Virus record (IMG/VR): IMGVR_UViG_3300027779_000014
Length of the DNA: 64,000 nt
Source of the DNA: an uncultured virus (IMG/VR IMGVR_UViG_3300027779_000014)
Taxonomy: Duplodnaviria > Heunggongvirae > Uroviricota > Caudoviricetes
Strand: one strand, 5' to 3'
Shown here: positions 47,732 to 57,668 of the stretch, in pieces
How positions within the stretch are numbered: position 1 is the stretch's first letter
How the letters are laid out: every line of letters starts with the position of its first letter
The notes under the pieces: model-generated
Database searches by the model: none
The model's input: the letters and a program-made list of their open reading frames with translations, nothing else
Told to the model about the DNA's origin: nothing
Program-made: the position numbers and the translations under genes

Positions 47732-48074
47732 CTTGGCCTCCTAGAAACTTTGTCCGTTGCCCGTTGGTTCATAATACTGTCTACCACTATGAGGGTGCTT
47801 ATGTCGATTATAACCTATGTAACCATACATGGATTGACCTTTTTTTAAGAGTTGTAATTATTGGTTTTTCTTTGATTAAATCTAAACTCACTCGATAAAC
47901 AAGGTACTGCAACCTTGTTGGGAAAAGTAACTTCGGAGAATAGAAATAGAATATGGTATGGTTGGTTGTGCCACTCATAGCATGGTTCAGTTAGAAGTGG
48001 CTTGAATATCTTTTGAAGCATGGAGTATTTTATCATCGGCATACTTCATACGACACTGCCTTCTCACATGGTTC

Positions 48075-48425
48075 GTGCTTAAAGCGGAACGAGTTGAACT
48101 AACAGATGGCTTTGTTTATCGAGATGTGTATGTCATACCTGGAGATATTTCTTTATGCATAGTAAGTGAAGGAGAAACTATAGATATTACCAGAGAAGCA
48201 GTAAAATTAGTAGCATATTCCGATCCCAAATCAGCATGGATGATTCGAACTTTAGCAATGGGCTTACTGTTAGATGTTTTTGAGGAAGTTCAAGAAACAC
48301 TAATGGATTTAGAAATGGTCGCAGAAGATGTACAAGACTATATTGACGAACTTCACAAAGCCGATCAAGCAGATTCTCCAGAAGCTCCTGAGACTAATTC
48401 CACTACTAAATCCCCATACGAGTGA
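48075..48425 (+). CDS. Hypothetical acidic protein
   Basis: First ORF of a + strand operon; degenerate class-B motif TCATACGACAC 18 nt upstream. Confidence 0.65.
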   Translation: MLKAERVELTDGFVYRDVYVIPGDISLCIVSEGETIDITREAVKLVAYSDPKSAWMIRTLAMGLLLDVFEEVQETLMDLEMVAEDVQDYIDELHKADQADSPEAPETNSTTKSPYE

Positions 48426-48745
48426 TATTTATGAAAGATTTTGATGTTATACCCTCTAATTTTGAGGCAAAATTGAAAGAGAAATGCTTTCAAGTAGTTT
48501 CTTTAATTGCCATGGTGGCAGAGCACCCCATGAATAATGCACACTATATTGCCGAAATTAAGAATATAGTAACTGATATTGAAGAAGATTTGGAAGAAGT
48601 TGGCCTTGAGGGAGATGGCAGAAGTGTCCCAGACACTCAACAATTAGATGTTGTTGACTTGCTTTTTTTGAAAGGCGCTGAGGGCTTGAAAAAATACTTT
48701 CAGCAAAAAGTAAGTTCTGGTGAAGAATATGATGATGATAACTAA
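48422..48745 (+). CDS. Hypothetical protein
   Basis: GTGA overlap with the previous gene. Confidence 0.65.
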   Translation: MIFMKDFDVIPSNFEAKLKEKCFQVVSLIAMVAEHPMNNAHYIAEIKNIVTDIEEDLEEVGLEGDGRSVPDTQQLDVVDLLFLKGAEGLKKYFQQKVSSGEEYDDDN

Positions 48746-48755
48746 AGGTGAAAAA

Positions 48756-50177
48756 ATGAGTGATGAACAACAACTAAAAGCAGAATTAGAGAGATATTTC
48801 ACAGCAGTGGTCGATGAACAGTACCTAGTACAGTACCCTGATATCGACAGCCCTGTTGGAACGCCTTTGTTTTATGATGAAAATAGACAGATAGATGCAG
48901 ATTACATTAGTGATATGACAGGCATGAGCAAAGGCGGCGTTTTGACTTCCTTTGAAGCGTGGCTATCAAATGGAGGAGTTATTCCCCATGAGCGACCTAT
49001 CGCTACTACTAGAAATAGTAGAGCCAGTCCAGCAAGCCCTCTTTCTAGGCCTGTATTGGGGCAAATAGATGTCCCTGAACGCCGCCAATCAGGTAGTTTT
49101 TTATCTGAGATAAAAGATGATATGAATGATGCTTTGGAAATGAGGAGATTGGAGAATCAATTCGACAGTATGAATCGGCCACAGCAAACATATGCTCCAC
49201 AAGGAGGATCTCAAAGTGAAATCACTGCTCTTATAGCAGCATTAGCCCCTTTACTGAAACAAGATAGGCCAAGCATAGATCCTATGACTATGACTCTAAT
49301 GAAACAATTGAATGATAGAACTACAGATTCAACTGCTCAAATGATTGCTTTGTTCAATATGAATCAAAACGCTAACCAGCAGTGGATGACTATGCTCATG
49401 GATCAGTCTAAAGGAGGCGGAGGTCGTTCTTCTTTGGAAGATCGTTTGCTGAATCACAGCCTGGACAAGATGCTTACTGGTTCTGATTCACCCGAAGACT
49501 CAATTTGGTCAGACCTTGTGAGAAGTGGACAATTAGGAGATATAGTTCAAGGAGCTGCTGCTGGGATTGCAGGCCTAGCAAACCGAAGATCGCCTATGGG
49601 AGACAATCCGTATGCAGGTGAAGCACAGCAAGTATTGGCAGAACCTCAACCATCACCTCAAGAATTAGTCCCTACATTCGAAGTTCCTGTTACTGAAAGT
49701 AGTTCTATGTCATATCAAGAGAAATGCACCCATATAATGAATGAGATGATGCCTACTTTACCTGCAGAATGGACAAGTGATGGGAATACTATGCAGATGT
49801 TAATGAATTCAGTAGAACTTTCTGTTAAAAGAGGAGAGGATACTTACCCAACAAGTACTGAAATGCAACTTGCGCTAGCAGCAAAAGAAATGCTGATAAT
49901 AGCAAATCTAAGGACGGTGGGGACTTCATTGAGTAAAATCGAAAAGGGGGAAATTGGGATTGACCTAGCGGCAACGATATTATCTCAGCATCCGCTGTGG
50001 CCTGTATTCCAGGGCGAAACTGTAGAATCGTTGTTAATGACCATTAACGCTTACTCTGTGGCCGATTTGCCAGACAGTCCGTCAATAGTGCATGACCTTG
50101 AATACCTAAATCGAGCGACCACAAGGCCGATAATAGAATCCCTACTGGATACAGCAAGAGGAGGTACAGGCGAATGA
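48756..50177 (+). CDS. Met/Gln-rich helical protein
   Basis: Start moved to ATG 48756, after an AAGGTGA SD. Confidence 0.75.
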   Translation: MSDEQQLKAELERYFTAVVDEQYLVQYPDIDSPVGTPLFYDENRQIDADYISDMTGMSKGGVLTSFEAWLSNGGVIPHERPIATTRNSRASPASPLSRPVLGQIDVPERRQSGSFLSEIKDDMNDALEMRRLENQFDSMNRPQQTYAPQGGSQSEITALIAALAPLLKQDRPSIDPMTMTLMKQLNDRTTDSTAQMIALFNMNQNANQQWMTMLMDQSKGGGGRSSLEDRLLNHSLDKMLTGSDSPEDSIWSDLVRSGQLGDIVQGAAAGIAGLANRRSPMGDNPYAGEAQQVLAEPQPSPQELVPTFEVPVTESSSMSYQEKCTHIMNEMMPTLPAEWTSDGNTMQMLMNSVELSVKRGEDTYPTSTEMQLALAAKEMLIIANLRTVGTSLSKIEKGEIGIDLAATILSQHPLWPVFQGETVESLLMTINAYSVADLPDSPSIVHDLEYLNRATTRPIIESLLDTARGGTGE

Positions 50178-50917
50178 GTATTGAATATTATAGTTATGAA
50201 TTAAAGAAGAGTAGATTAGGTGGATTCCTGGGGAACAAGGTAGCCGTTAGAGAGGACTGGATTAAGAGAACTAGGAGATATATTGTAAGTCAAGGGTTGG
50301 ATCTCAACAAGTTGGCTACATTCCTCAAGAAAGGCCTCTATGATCGTAGAATAGAGGGTTTCAATGAGCAGGCTTTGGGAGAACCCCTTAGTAAAGCACA
50401 ACAATGGACATTGATGTGGATTGTTCTGTCTGATTTTGGAGTTCCGGACTGGCTAAGAGATATTGAGAAGGATGAATATACTCCTGAGATGATAGTTGCA
50501 GAGCCAGAAGAAGAGGATGAGGCTGTAATCAAGACATTATTGGCTCCGGCGAGTGCTGTTGCAGCAGTATCGAGTTCTGTCGCAGGAGCGACTGTTAGTT
50601 CACTGGGTTCACTCGGTAGTTCGATGGCTAGAGGAACTGCTACTGTTGCTGGAAGTACTGCTAATGCTACTGTTGATGCAACAAAAGCAGTGGGTGTCGC
50701 TGCCTTGGGTGTTGCGGCTATACCAGTAAAAACTCTCACATCACTTGTTGGAGCAGCAAAAGGAGTAGAAGTAAAAGCAGAAGCGGCTATTGCAGAAGCA
50801 GAAGAGGCTATTGCTGCTGCTGATGCACCTACCGAATTACCTGAAGTAAAAGATTTGACCGAAGCTATGGCAGTTGAAGCACCAACTGATCCAGAGGTCG
50901 AGACAAGTGGGGAATAA
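50174..50917 (+). CDS. Hypothetical protein with Ala-rich amphipathic region
   Basis: ATGA overlap; GGAGGT SD. Confidence 0.7.
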   Translation: MSIEYYSYELKKSRLGGFLGNKVAVREDWIKRTRRYIVSQGLDLNKLATFLKKGLYDRRIEGFNEQALGEPLSKAQQWTLMWIVLSDFGVPDWLRDIEKDEYTPEMIVAEPEEEDEAVIKTLLAPASAVAAVSSSVAGATVSSLGSLGSSMARGTATVAGSTANATVDATKAVGVAALGVAAIPVKTLTSLVGAAKGVEVKAEAAIAEAEEAIAAADAPTELPEVKDLTEAMAVEAPTDPEVETSGE

Positions 50918-50919
50918 TC

Positions 50920-51543
50920 GTGGTCGTAGGGGCGGAAAGCCAAAGTTACGGCGAGTTAGAATTCGTAGAAAGCCCCGACGAACCGACTGAAAGAGAAAAA
51001 AACATTCGATTAAGATTAATCCTTGGAGCATTTACATTTCTTTTAATTGCAACATTACCACTAATCCAATATTATTATGCAGGTGCTTTTCTATATGTCT
51101 TGGCAGGTGGGATTGCTTTTACTATAGGTACTAACCTGACTATTGGGATATTATCTATCAGAATAGAGGACAAAGCGGAATTGATGGAGAGGAGGATGGC
51201 CGATTTACTGGAAGAGTTAAGCACCTCTACAGATTTATTAGGAGATTTCAATAATCAGTTGCAGCAGTTCCCATTAGAATCCATGCTTGAGACTATGGAA
51301 AAGGCTAGAGATGAGTTAGGACCGGCTTTATCTCAAATGAATGGAGTTAGTTGGACTGAAATCTCTACTGCTTTCGCTGCGGTTATGGAATGGTATGAAA
51401 CACTTGATACTGATAAGATAAAGTCGATGATTGCCCCTTTTGTAGTTGAGACACCTCAGATAACATTGATTGATGATCCCTTCAATGATTCGATACCAGC
51501 GCCGGATTTCTTCCCACCACCGCCACCTAGGCATCGAAATTAA
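50920..51543 (+). CDS. Membrane protein (2 TM plus coiled coil)
   Basis: LILGAFTFLLIATLPLI and AFLYVLAGGIAFTIG. Confidence 0.7.
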   Translation: MVVGAESQSYGELEFVESPDEPTEREKNIRLRLILGAFTFLLIATLPLIQYYYAGAFLYVLAGGIAFTIGTNLTIGILSIRIEDKAELMERRMADLLEELSTSTDLLGDFNNQLQQFPLESMLETMEKARDELGPALSQMNGVSWTEISTAFAAVMEWYETLDTDKIKSMIAPFVVETPQITLIDDPFNDSIPAPDFFPPPPPRHRN

Positions 51544-52028
51544 TCTTTGAATACGCTCGCTAGTAAAAATAGGCCTGCTGCATTTACTACTTTACCAAAC
51601 ATCTCATTTGATTGAGTTGAGTTCCAATTTCCAGATAGCGCATAATTAGCATAGTGCTCACAATTTCTTATTGCGGGGTTGTAATCATCACGATTCATAA
51701 ATTTCTTAGCTCTTTCTAAAACTGGTATGGGATTTTCTGGAACGGAGACGACTTCTATGCTCCTTCCTTCTGAAAATAGATCATAAGGCGTTAATCCTAT
51801 GTGTACTCCAGTGTATGAATTATCTTTTGTAGTGGGCCACAGTGCATTCACTATTTTTAATTTTTTATCTTCTAGTGAACTGCCCTCGTATGGACCACCG
51901 AATTGATAAATTAACTGTTTTTGACTTTCAGGGTGATAATATTCTGATGCTATTCCGTAATGATATAAATTCCAACCTATTTTTCTCCTTAATCCGGCTC
52001 CTATAGGGTAAGGCATGTCTTCTGACAT
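51540..52028 (-). CDS. LRAT-like permuted NlpC/P60 protein (acyltransferase/phospholipase/peptidase)
   Basis: N-terminal YHYGIA, C-terminal YNPAIRNCEHYANY, hydrophobic tail. Confidence 0.8.
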   Translation of the reverse strand: MSEDMPYPIGAGLRRKIGWNLYHYGIASEYYHPESQKQLIYQFGGPYEGSSLEDKKLKIVNALWPTTKDNSYTGVHIGLTPYDLFSEGRSIEVVSVPENPIPVLERAKKFMNRDDYNPAIRNCEHYANYALSGNWNSTQSNEMFGKVVNAAGLFLLASVFKD

Positions 52029-52071
52029 GGCCTTCGACTACCGCTAGGCCGGATATGTCTTTCGGATAAGG

Positions 52072-52082
52072 TCAAACGGCAA
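52072..52082 (+). promoter_or_regulatory. Class-B promoter motif TCAAACGGCAA
   Basis: 17 nt before ATG 52100. Confidence 0.75.
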
Positions 52083-52099
52083 TCACCACTCATAGCCTC

Positions 52100-52279
52100 A
52101 TGGAAGAGGCGAAAAGCGATGATGAACCTATTCTAACTCCAGTAGATACTTGCTACATCGTTATGCGAGATGTCCCTATTACCATCAAGGCGCAACTTGT
52201 AATCATCAAATATAAACGAGGTTGGAAGTCTTGGGCAGATATGGCTTATGATGTAGTCAAAGAGTTTGGTGAAGAATAA
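52100..52279 (+). CDS. 59-aa RHH-like protein (not in the ORF track)
   Basis: MEEAKSDDEPILTPVDTCYIVMRDVPITIKAQLVIIKYKRGWKSWADMAYDVVKEFGEE. Confidence 0.65.
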   Translation: MEEAKSDDEPILTPVDTCYIVMRDVPITIKAQLVIIKYKRGWKSWADMAYDVVKEFGEE

Positions 52280-52280
52280 G

Positions 52281-52697
52281 ATGCGTGATGACCACATAGA
52301 ACAGATTATTTCAGTAGTAAAAGGCACATTAGGCCATCCTTCCGAACAGCGAGAATTAGTCCTAAGAAAGAGATTGCTTGATTTGAAACTTAAATCTGGT
52401 CCAGAGGGCTATGTAAAAGAGAGAAGAGATCCTATTGCTTTGTGGATTGCCAACGCTAGAAAATGGGCTACAAATAAGTGTTTGATGGGGAACAAAGTTG
52501 ATATCGACATGGTTGTAAATTCTAATCCCCTACCTGATGGTGTAGATAGGCGAGCAATTGGTGGTGTTTTCAAGCATCCTACTTTCAAGAGAGTCGGAAC
52601 GGTGAGAACAAGGAAGGCATCAGGAGGATTTAGGACAAGTGGGCAATATATCTTATCTAGTCAAACTATAGTTCCAGATGCCATAACAGATTGGTGA
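52281..52697 (+). CDS. Basic putative DNA-binding protein
   Basis: PLPDGVDRRAIGGVFKHPTFKRVG resembles a small phage wHTH family; start moved to ATG 52281. Confidence 0.6.
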   Translation: MRDDHIEQIISVVKGTLGHPSEQRELVLRKRLLDLKLKSGPEGYVKERRDPIALWIANARKWATNKCLMGNKVDIDMVVNSNPLPDGVDRRAIGGVFKHPTFKRVGTVRTRKASGGFRTSGQYILSSQTIVPDAITDW

Positions 52698-52701
52698 AGG
52701 T

Positions 52702-52712
52702 TCAAACGGCAG
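52702..52712 (+). promoter_or_regulatory. Class-B promoter motif TCAAACGGCAG
   Basis: 17 nt before the in-frame ATG at 52730. Confidence 0.7.
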
Positions 52713-52729
52713 AAGCCACTCACAGCATT

Positions 52730-53419
52730 ATGACTGATGACTGGAGAAACAACTTCCTACCGCCTGAATCTATTGAGGTCGAAACTGCTCAGGCCGAGTT
52801 CGTACCTACTGAAGAACTTCAAGGCGATGCTTATGTAGCGCGTATTAGAGAAGAAGAATTGAATAATGTAGCAAGTGAAGACGATATTCTTGCTGAACTA
52901 GGCGCAGAAGATAGAGAGGAAGCTCTAGAACGAGTTGTTGCTAAACTGTTGGAAGAAGGTCCAGAGGCGCAACTAGCAGTTATAGGTCAGAATCAGCAAA
53001 GAATAATGGAGGCAATAGATAATATGGCTTCTGGATTTTCTAGTCAATTAGTTATATTGGCTAGAAGAATTGATAATTTTGAAAGAGTATTAGATCAGGC
53101 ACAGGGGCAACCTACAATGACAAATCTCATGTTCGACGCGCCAGAAGTATTCAACAAAGTAGTCAATAGAGATGTTGAAGAAAAACAAGACGAGCCTGTA
53201 GAATTAGAGAAAGCCATTGAGCCCGCTACTCCTGATCCCGATTTCTTTATACCTGACGAAATAGAAGGTATGCTCAATTTTGATGCAACATTCCCTGTCT
53301 CCATTGAAGTCCAGGCTGCGTTCTGGATGTGGAAGGAAAAACTATCTTCATTTCAAAATTTCGTCAAAGTGGCGGGTGGCCCAGTAGCGGCTAAAAAAGC
53401 AAGAGGCCATCTCGAATAG
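52730..53419 (+). CDS. Acidic hypothetical protein
   Basis: Start moved to ATG 52730 on motif spacing. Confidence 0.7.
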   Translation: MTDDWRNNFLPPESIEVETAQAEFVPTEELQGDAYVARIREEELNNVASEDDILAELGAEDREEALERVVAKLLEEGPEAQLAVIGQNQQRIMEAIDNMASGFSSQLVILARRIDNFERVLDQAQGQPTMTNLMFDAPEVFNKVVNRDVEEKQDEPVELEKAIEPATPDPDFFIPDEIEGMLNFDATFPVSIEVQAAFWMWKEKLSSFQNFVKVAGGPVAAKKARGHLE

Positions 53420-53457
53420 TCCGCATTGTCTAAACGACGAGCCCACATCTCACAGCC

Positions 53458-56115
53458 ATGAGCGACGACCTGGTGATGCACTGGCTCGGCGCTCTTCGTG
53501 AGATATCTAAAGATAGAGTTCCAGATATATACCTAGTCAATGTAGCCAAAAGATTAGGTGGAGTTCAGGGAAAGAAGCCTTTAGCACCTGACTATTATCG
53601 GGATATTGGAGAAATAGATGATAAAGTCCTAGAGAAGATCATTAAGGGATTAATGAAACAGAGACAGAAGGATGCCGTCATTCCAGGTGAGAGGGTCGGT
53701 GTTATCGCAGCACAATCATTAGGAGAGCCTGGTACGCAGATGACTCTACGAACATTCCACTATGCAGGGGTCGCATCAACGGTGAATCCCCTCGACAAGA
53801 TGATTGCCGATCAGTCAGGAGTAAGGACTGTCTATACAATGAGTCTTGGATTGGGAGAGGATTACCGTTGGGATAGAAGTCGTGCAGATAGCCTTCGACA
53901 TGGCCTTCTTAGGACTAAATTAGGAGATGTTTGCGATATTTACTTTGAAAATGATGATGTCCCTAAACAGACTTATGAGGAACTAATTAGAGTTTCAAAA
54001 AACGAAGGTTTAACGCGAGAGGCTTTGGAATTGCAGCAAGGTCGAATCATAGCAAATCTCCTAGATAGAACAACACAAAATAACATAATTATCACACCCA
54101 AAAAGGAACTTAAAGATGATGAGGAGGGTTATGATGAGAATTATGAATATATAGACATAGAAGACATTGTGGGAATTCTGCAAACTATGTTGAAAGTCAA
54201 TTGGAATGGAGAACGACGGAAAGATCCAGGTAAAAGTACACGCTTCGGCGAAGATGTCGTTGTCTATATGCCTGGATTAAGAGGCAACATTAGGATTGAG
54301 CGTTTTGACGATTCTGTAAGAGTCTCCGTTCCCCATTTCCCACCATCTTACAAACTGTCTTTGTATCATCTTCTGAAAAAGATTCAATTTTGTAACAGTT
54401 GTCACTCTGGCATACAATATATGAAGACAATGAGCCAAAGTGGTAAAGCGGTTTCACAGAAAGTAGTGGAAAAGGGGGAAGATAAAGATTATGTGAGCCT
54501 TATTAATCAATTTGTAGAAGCTGTCGAGGGAGGTCAAGGATTGAGTGATGAATGGAAGGGTGCGGTTTCATCTTCTGCAAGGGATGATGAGTTTGATTTT
54601 CAAGAAGAAGTATTCACTGAATTAGGAGGAGATCCTTCGTTTAATCCAGAAGAATGGATTGCAGTAATAAACGGAGATATTCCTAGTGGTTTGGAATATG
54701 GTAGTCCAGATCACATATTAGGCATTAGGAGGTTTTGGACTTTAACTCCTGCCAGTTATACTCTTGAATTGGCAGCAGGAGTCGATTTCAAATGCTGCCC
54801 TCTGTGTGGATTGGGCTGGGAGATTTCTTCTGCAAGTTTGAGACAAGTAGGGGAGTTTGATATCGATCATCTATTGCAACCCCAAATTACAAGTTCCGAG
54901 AAATCTGGCATGAAAGAAGGTTATAGAAATCTCTATTCTGAACTGGTTCGTGTTTCTGAATATCCGTTAGACGATAGGAATGTCGATGTCGCCAAACAAC
55001 CAACATGGGAGCCTTCTTCTCTTGGCAGCCCTGCAAAGAAGGTTGCAGAAAAATCTGTTACGATTCCAGGCAGCGTCTATGAAGGTGTTTATCCAGGAAG
55101 CGGTAGATTAGGTAGCCTTACTGATTACCCAGTACAGGCGATGTCTTCTGGTAGAGGAATAGGTGGTGGCGTAGAAAGTGAATGGTTCATCTATGTTGTA
55201 GGGGCAGATGTGAAGAACTTCTGTAACTCAGAATTAACTGGCCCACCAGCTAGAAGTAAATATAGAAATAAAATTAATGAAGGGAAAGGTTGGGAAGGCA
55301 TCCCCTGGACATCTAAGTTAAGAAGTTCTTTTGGTGGTTACTTCGCCGCTATTGACGGTGATGATAGGTTTGACTTCTTACGATCTACTTGTGATGATCC
55401 ACGACAAGTATTTCACGCCTTAGGCATTGAAGCTGCTAGAATGGTTATTTTGGAGAATATGTACCATATAATCACTAACGATGATGCTGATATTGCAGAG
55501 TATGGTATCGCTAGTGCTGGGATGGAAGTCCATAATGGTCATATGACTTTATTGGCAGATTCTCTTTGTAAAGATACCACTATAACAACGATTCTTAGTG
55601 CTTCTGCTATAATGGGTGGAAAGGGTGTTGTAGGGAAAAAGGGAACATATTCCCTTGAGATGCCTGATGGCAGTATAGAAAATTATGGCGATATACTTAC
55701 TATTGCTTCATATGAAACTGCAAATAGAGTTTTATTTGATGCAGTACCTATGGGAGTTATAGATCCATTAGGGACGGTAAAGGCGGAACAAATAACTGGA
55801 ATAATTAAGGGTACGGGGTATCAAGGTGTGCCGCATAGAATTAATGGAGATAAATTGAGCCTAGTTGATGATTTAATACACTTAAAAGATGTAGAATCGA
55901 AGGCTATGAGAAATCTTTCATCTTTTGCGATAGAGAAGTCTGGCATGAGTTATAATGATTTAATGGTTAGATTACCTTTAGATCGTACTAAAGTAACAAA
56001 GGATATTTTGGATGATTTATTCGCTATGGAAGAATTTAGAGCAGAAATAGAAATTGTGAAGACGACTAAGAAAGAAATCGAAGAGATTTCTATTACTCTA
56101 TCTCAAATGCCGTAG
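53458..56115 (+). CDS. rpoA2: Divergent, enlarged archaeal RNA polymerase subunit A'' (Rpo1C) homologue
   Basis: [30 protein letters not shown] (trigger loop), [32 protein letters not shown]; 885 aa. Confidence 0.9.
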   Translation: MSDDLVMHWLGALREISKDRVPDIYLVNVAKRLGGVQGKKPLAPDYYRDIGEIDDKVLEKIIKGLMKQRQKDAVIPGERVGVIAAQSLGEPGTQMTLRTFHYAGVASTVNPLDKMIADQSGVRTVYTMSLGLGEDYRWDRSRADSLRHGLLRTKLGDVCDIYFENDDVPKQTYEELIRVSKNEGLTREALELQQGRIIANLLDRTTQNNIIITPKKELKDDEEGYDENYEYIDIEDIVGILQTMLKVNWNGERRKDPGKSTRFGEDVVVYMPGLRGNIRIERFDDSVRVSVPHFPPSYKLSLYHLLKKIQFCNSCHSGIQYMKTMSQSGKAVSQKVVEKGEDKDYVSLINQFVEAVEGGQGLSDEWKGAVSSSARDDEFDFQEEVFTELGGDPSFNPEEWIAVINGDIPSGLEYGSPDHILGIRRFWTLTPASYTLELAAGVDFKCCPLCGLGWEISSASLRQVGEFDIDHLLQPQITSSEKSGMKEGYRNLYSELVRVSEYPLDDRNVDVAKQPTWEPSSLGSPAKKVAEKSVTIPGSVYEGVYPGSGRLGSLTDYPVQAMSSGRGIGGGVESEWFIYVVGADVKNFCNSELTGPPARSKYRNKINEGKGWEGIPWTSKLRSSFGGYFAAIDGDDRFDFLRSTCDDPRQVFHALGIEAARMVILENMYHIITNDDADIAEYGIASAGMEVHNGHMTLLADSLCKDTTITTILSASAIMGGKGVVGKKGTYSLEMPDGSIENYGDILTIASYETANRVLFDAVPMGVIDPLGTVKAEQITGIIKGTGYQGVPHRINGDKLSLVDDLIHLKDVESKAMRNLSSFAIEKSGMSYNDLMVRLPLDRTKVTKDILDDLFAMEEFRAEIEIVKTTKKEIEEISITLSQMP

Positions 56116-56462
56116 ATTGCGCTATCTCGTAGCCTTTGAGCTAGAGTATCATTGTTTACCTCTGGCTTAGGTTCCTCAACTACTTCTTCGATTATTTCTT
56201 CCACTGCCATTTCTTCTTCTACTTTTTTTATGTAATCTAAGTCGTGTCCGTGGTTATTATCTATATTTTTAGTTGATTCTTCTAGAACTGTGAGTTCTTC
56301 GAGTTCTTTTTCGTCTCGTGGTGCTTCTTCTGTAGTTAGTGTAGTAGCATCATTCCCAATTAGGTACTTCCCTTCCTTGAATCTCTTCCATCTGTGAGAG
56401 ATTTCTTCATTAGTTAGGTTTGCGTGCTGGTGTTTGAATTGAGGCCATGTTATTTCAGTCAT
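56103..56462 (-). CDS. Small protein with basic N-terminal helical motif and acidic tail
   Basis: [24 protein letters not shown]. Confidence 0.65.
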   Translation of the reverse strand: MTEITWPQFKHQHANLTNEEISHRWKRFKEGKYLIGNDATTLTTEEAPRDEKELEELTVLEESTKNIDNNHGHDLDYIKKVEEEMAVEEIIEEVVEEPKPEVNNDTLAQRLRDSAIYGI

Positions 56463-56881
56463 ATTTTATACTTCCTTAGATCGTTTGACATGTCAGATAT
56501 TGTGATATTAGATTCATGGCGTAAAATTTGCGCTCTGTTTTCGTAGTATTCTATTTTATTGTTTACATCTTCTAGAATATGCATCATCTTATTGTGTGTA
56601 TTTTCCATATCCATAAACATATTTTCATCGATTGTATCTTCTGGATTATTTGGTTCGAAATCACCGATTGCATCATTTATAGATTTAGATAGATTGTTTA
56701 ATTCATCTAACTGCGAATCAGTAACACTCTTGTTACTTCTAATGCCTAAGGCAACGATGCCTTTTAGTGTGCCTTCTTCTACAATTCTTATCAATTCTTT
56801 GTATTCGGACCATGAATCGCTAGTTTGTTCTTTTGATAACCCTCTTTCAGTGCAAATTTTTCTCCAATCCTGCCATTTCAT
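56459..56881 (-). CDS. Small helical protein
   Basis: WQDWRKICTERGLSKEQTSDSWSEYK; class-B motif upstream. Confidence 0.65.
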   Translation of the reverse strand: MKWQDWRKICTERGLSKEQTSDSWSEYKELIRIVEEGTLKGIVALGIRSNKSVTDSQLDELNNLSKSINDAIGDFEPNNPEDTIDENMFMDMENTHNKMMHILEDVNNKIEYYENRAQILRHESNITISDMSNDLRKYKI

Positions 56882-56899
56882 ATTAATCCGTAGGGATAA

Positions 56900-56910
56900 T
56901 TGCCGTTTAA
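56900..56910 (-). promoter_or_regulatory. Class-B promoter motif TTAAACGGCAA
   Basis: 18 nt before ATG 56881. Confidence 0.7.
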
Positions 56911-57050
56911 CCTCTTGTACCTATTTTCCATTTAGAGTATATCCATTCCCTAGGAAGGTGTTTTCCGCAATTATCGCATCTGCAGGTTAAAGGATTCCAG
57001 AATTTAATGTCGCAATCCTCGCATTCAGCATATATAGGGAGTGTCGTCAT
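56907..57050 (-). CDS. 47-aa Zn-ribbon protein
   Basis: CEDC...CDNC; likely start ATG 57050 with TTTAT about 26 nt upstream. Confidence 0.6.
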   Translation of the reverse strand: MTTLPIYAECEDCDIKFWNPLTCRCDNCGKHLPREWIYSKWKIGTRG

Positions 57051-57245
57051 CAGGTGGGCGGAGAGGATTGGAGAAATAAACATGAACTGTGGAAACTGCC
57101 GAAACACAGATTGAGGAACTCAACGCCTCCCCACCCGTTTGTCGAAAGGCTACCTCTCATTTCAGTATTTCTGTGGACGAGGAGCTATGGTTGCAGCCTT
57201 GCCTGCCGCGCGGTCAGGCCCCCGTCCGATTTAGGATAGGACCAA

Positions 57246-57337
57246 TGCCGGTTAAGAGTTCGGGTTGGCAAAAAAATATTACCGACCCAGAGAGTTCGGG
57301 TCGGCAAAAGGGGGGAACCCACCTCATAGAGATGGGC
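57246..57337 (-). terminator. Tandem stem-loops with U-tract at the 3' end of the gene array
   Basis: Minus strand: GCCCATCTC-TAT-GAGGTGGGT, then TTGCCGACCC-N9-GGGTCGGTAA followed by TATTTTTTT. A 19-bp direct repeat lies at 57255-57273 and 57291-57309. Confidence 0.6.
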
Positions 57338-57649
57338 TTATCTTGCTTGGAGAGCATTCCTTATGGATTGATTGAGATTACTACCCTGGCCTTTCCCTTC
57401 TTTTGATAAGATAGGGTAAGCACCGTGGCTAGCATCAATGATTCTTGTTGCTCGTCCAGTGATCGTAGTATGGTAAATGCCATTTTTAATACTAAATGTA
57501 GCTATAAGGTAGGCATCTAATGATGATTGCCCCGCTTCTTTTAATTCATCTATCATTTCTTTTTCAATTTTGTTCCAAATCGTTGTTCCAGTAAATCCAC
57601 CAATTGGTGGCGCGTGGTTCGAAGACATGATTGCCCGATTGGGTATCAT
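57338..57649 (-). CDS. Hypothetical protein, last of the array
   Basis: Preceded by the variant motif ACTGACCATAT. Confidence 0.55.
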   Translation of the reverse strand: MIPNRAIMSSNHAPPIGGFTGTTIWNKIEKEMIDELKEAGQSSLDAYLIATFSIKNGIYHTTITGRATRIIDASHGAYPILSKEGKGQGSNLNQSIRNALQAR

Positions 57650-57668
57650 TCTTTAATATGGTCAGTAA

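Noticed and set aside
47732..48045. Short ORFs 47695..47898 and 47845..48042
   Set aside because: AT-rich divergent intergenic region with no SD, coupling or protein motif; more likely regulatory.
13595..56115. Cellular archaeal chromosome, suggested by the thermosome, RNAP A'', ligase and guanylate kinase
   Set aside because: Each is isolated, divergent or fused, lacks its usual operon neighbours, and lies among viral structural genes.
57089..57406. + strand 105-aa ORF
   Set aside because: Opposite to all neighbours, overlaps hairpins and another gene, and has atypical composition.
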